Below, piece by piece: positions 62,201 to 64,000 of a DNA stretch of 64,000 bases. The number at the start of each line of letters is the position of its first letter. Positions within the stretch are counted from its first letter, which is position 1. The position numbers and the translations under genes were made by a program. Source of the DNA: Chiloscyllium plagiosum (lineage: Eukaryota); the NCBI RefSeq assembly GCF_004010195.1, contig NC_057756.1:1701703-1765702 (forward strand). Direction: 5' to 3'. Under the pieces are notes generated by a model that had not been told where the DNA came from, did no database searches, and worked only from the letters and a program-made list of their open reading frames with translations.

Positions 62201-64000
62201 CTAACTTCATTCAAAGTTAGACACAAAGAGCTGAATGACTCCATAGGATATAGCAAAAGCTAATATATGTGAAATTATCTCGGCTGCTTTTTTTGGAACA
62301 TATGTGTTTGCCCACGACAATTGCAGGAAGCGATTCATCTGTCAACCTGGAGCAGTTTCCAGCTTTTCCCGTCTTAATTAAGTAAAGCAGAACTAATACA
62401 ATCCAGCCACGTGGAACAATATAGTTAACTTATAGTCCCAAAAATAAAATTATGCAAAATATAATGTTAGTGCATGCCATTTTCTGACAATTAACACGTG
62501 CAGCTAGATGTTGTTATGGAGTCTGAGGTGTGATTCATTCGAATTCTCACAATAACGTTTCTCAATCATGGCACATACAACAGATGTCATGACTGCACAT
62601 AAGAGTGGATATAACTGACGTGAAACATTTTGTTATTGTCTGTAACTTCTGTATAGCCTAGAAAAAGAGAAGGTTGAACGGATAAAATAATAAACTTCAA
62701 AAACTGTTGTTAACCCCAGTGAAAATAAACAAAAAAATTCTCTCTTACTTTATGCTAATATTTCCACGAACAAGAATTGCGTGATTGCTTTTCTCCAATC
62801 CAAATTTCTTTAATTATTTCGATGTTCTATGCACCTCAGCTCCATTAAAAGAAAAATGTGTTATACACATGTAATTGCATAGTTTTCTCTATCATTCAGA
62901 TTTGAAGGGCGGCAAATGAGAAAGACAAGACAATTAATCAGAGAAATTTTTCTTTGGTTTTCCTTTTTCCATTGCTGGCAATTTGCAGTATTTGCATGAT
63001 AGAAGGACATGCAGTTTGATAACTTAGCAAGATTAATGTCATTTTTGTTGGCACTATCACCAAGATGCACCATTAAACTCTTGATGTTTTAAATCAGAAG
63101 GAACTGAGCCAGACGAGTAAAACATAATCAAATGTCTCATTAACAAGAACGGTGGGTATTGGAGGCAGTTTTTGTCTAAAACTTCCCCGTTTGATTCTGC
63201 AGTCATACATTTGCTGGGAAGTCTCTGCCACATTTGGATCAGTAAAAAAGGTAGTCGTCTAAATAGGTGCACGGATTTCCCGATGTTTCCTTTCTTCTGA
63301 CTCTCCTCTGGCAGGGTGAGCTTTTCGATTCTTCAAAGCCTTTACAAACAATGAGTGCCCAAAGTTATGCTTTTCAGTGATTGTCTCTCAACTGTCATTG
63401 TAAATGTAAAGTAAGTCATAACTTGGAATCACTTGCCCAGATTGTGAGGAATGGATATGAGACAGGAATTGGTCTTGTAAAACTTTCACTATGTGGATAT
63501 ATGTTTGCGCACATGTGTCATCAATCCTATTAAAACGAATGGAACTATCCATTTTCATGGCAAGGATTGTGCAGCAATGGATCACCGACATTGAGACTTG
63601 CTGAGTTCAGATGTTCTTTTATCAGGACATGACTTTTATTTTATTCAAATAAGCAAATATGGAAATATTCTTTGCAATTTCCCAACATTGTTTATGTTGT
63701 AAGATTTCACTTAGCTGCAAGGATAGTTAACCTTGCAATCTGGTTTTCACAGTCTGGTTGTTTTAATTTCACACTTTCCTTTTATTCAACATGGACATAA
63801 AACCGCAGATGTTACAATGTGGCTTTTTCCGGAACAAAACATGATTAATTCAATTGTTGATGCATAGAAAGAAAAACATTATTCTCAAATCACCACTAAC
63901 ACTAGCCATGATGCTGCCAAAATGCAGGACAATGAATTAAATAACGCCAGGAGCTTAACTTGAACAATTGAGCCATGTTATCCAACTGTCAAGGTGAAAC

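Overview
Repeat-rich vertebrate genomic DNA, most likely from a shark or ray. The evidence is HE1-like tRNA-derived SINEs with (TCTAA)n tails, many CR1 LINEs, a Tx1 LINE, a Rex/Babar fragment, Penelope-type palindromes with minimal hammerhead motifs, and a deleted Gmr1-type Gypsy element. I recognised none of the supplied long ORFs as a host gene; they are transposon remnants or appear to be chance ORFs. The main signal is missed by the ORF track: a minus-strand gene segment of at least 16 microexons spread over about 53 kb (59298 down to 6251). Each exon is exactly 27 or 36 nt, phase 1-1, with AG/GT splice sites. They splice in order into a stop-free 162-codon heptad-repeat (coiled-coil) segment: (x)EKSSGNGK ELNNVKKALEDT QKLLSDTKN ELEALRQKC STDHNGLDLAGM EEKLKRREK EIKELEQSLADS DNKLRQKGK ELEEKIEILGET EQKLSKKER ELQDVNKSLDET EQNLAKKER ELNTVKESLNET EETLNKREK ELKRCTEQA KTDLEKTKS. 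The core is a repeated 36+27 nt exon pair (21 aa, three heptads). I did not find the start codon or any globular domain in the window, so the gene family is unassigned.
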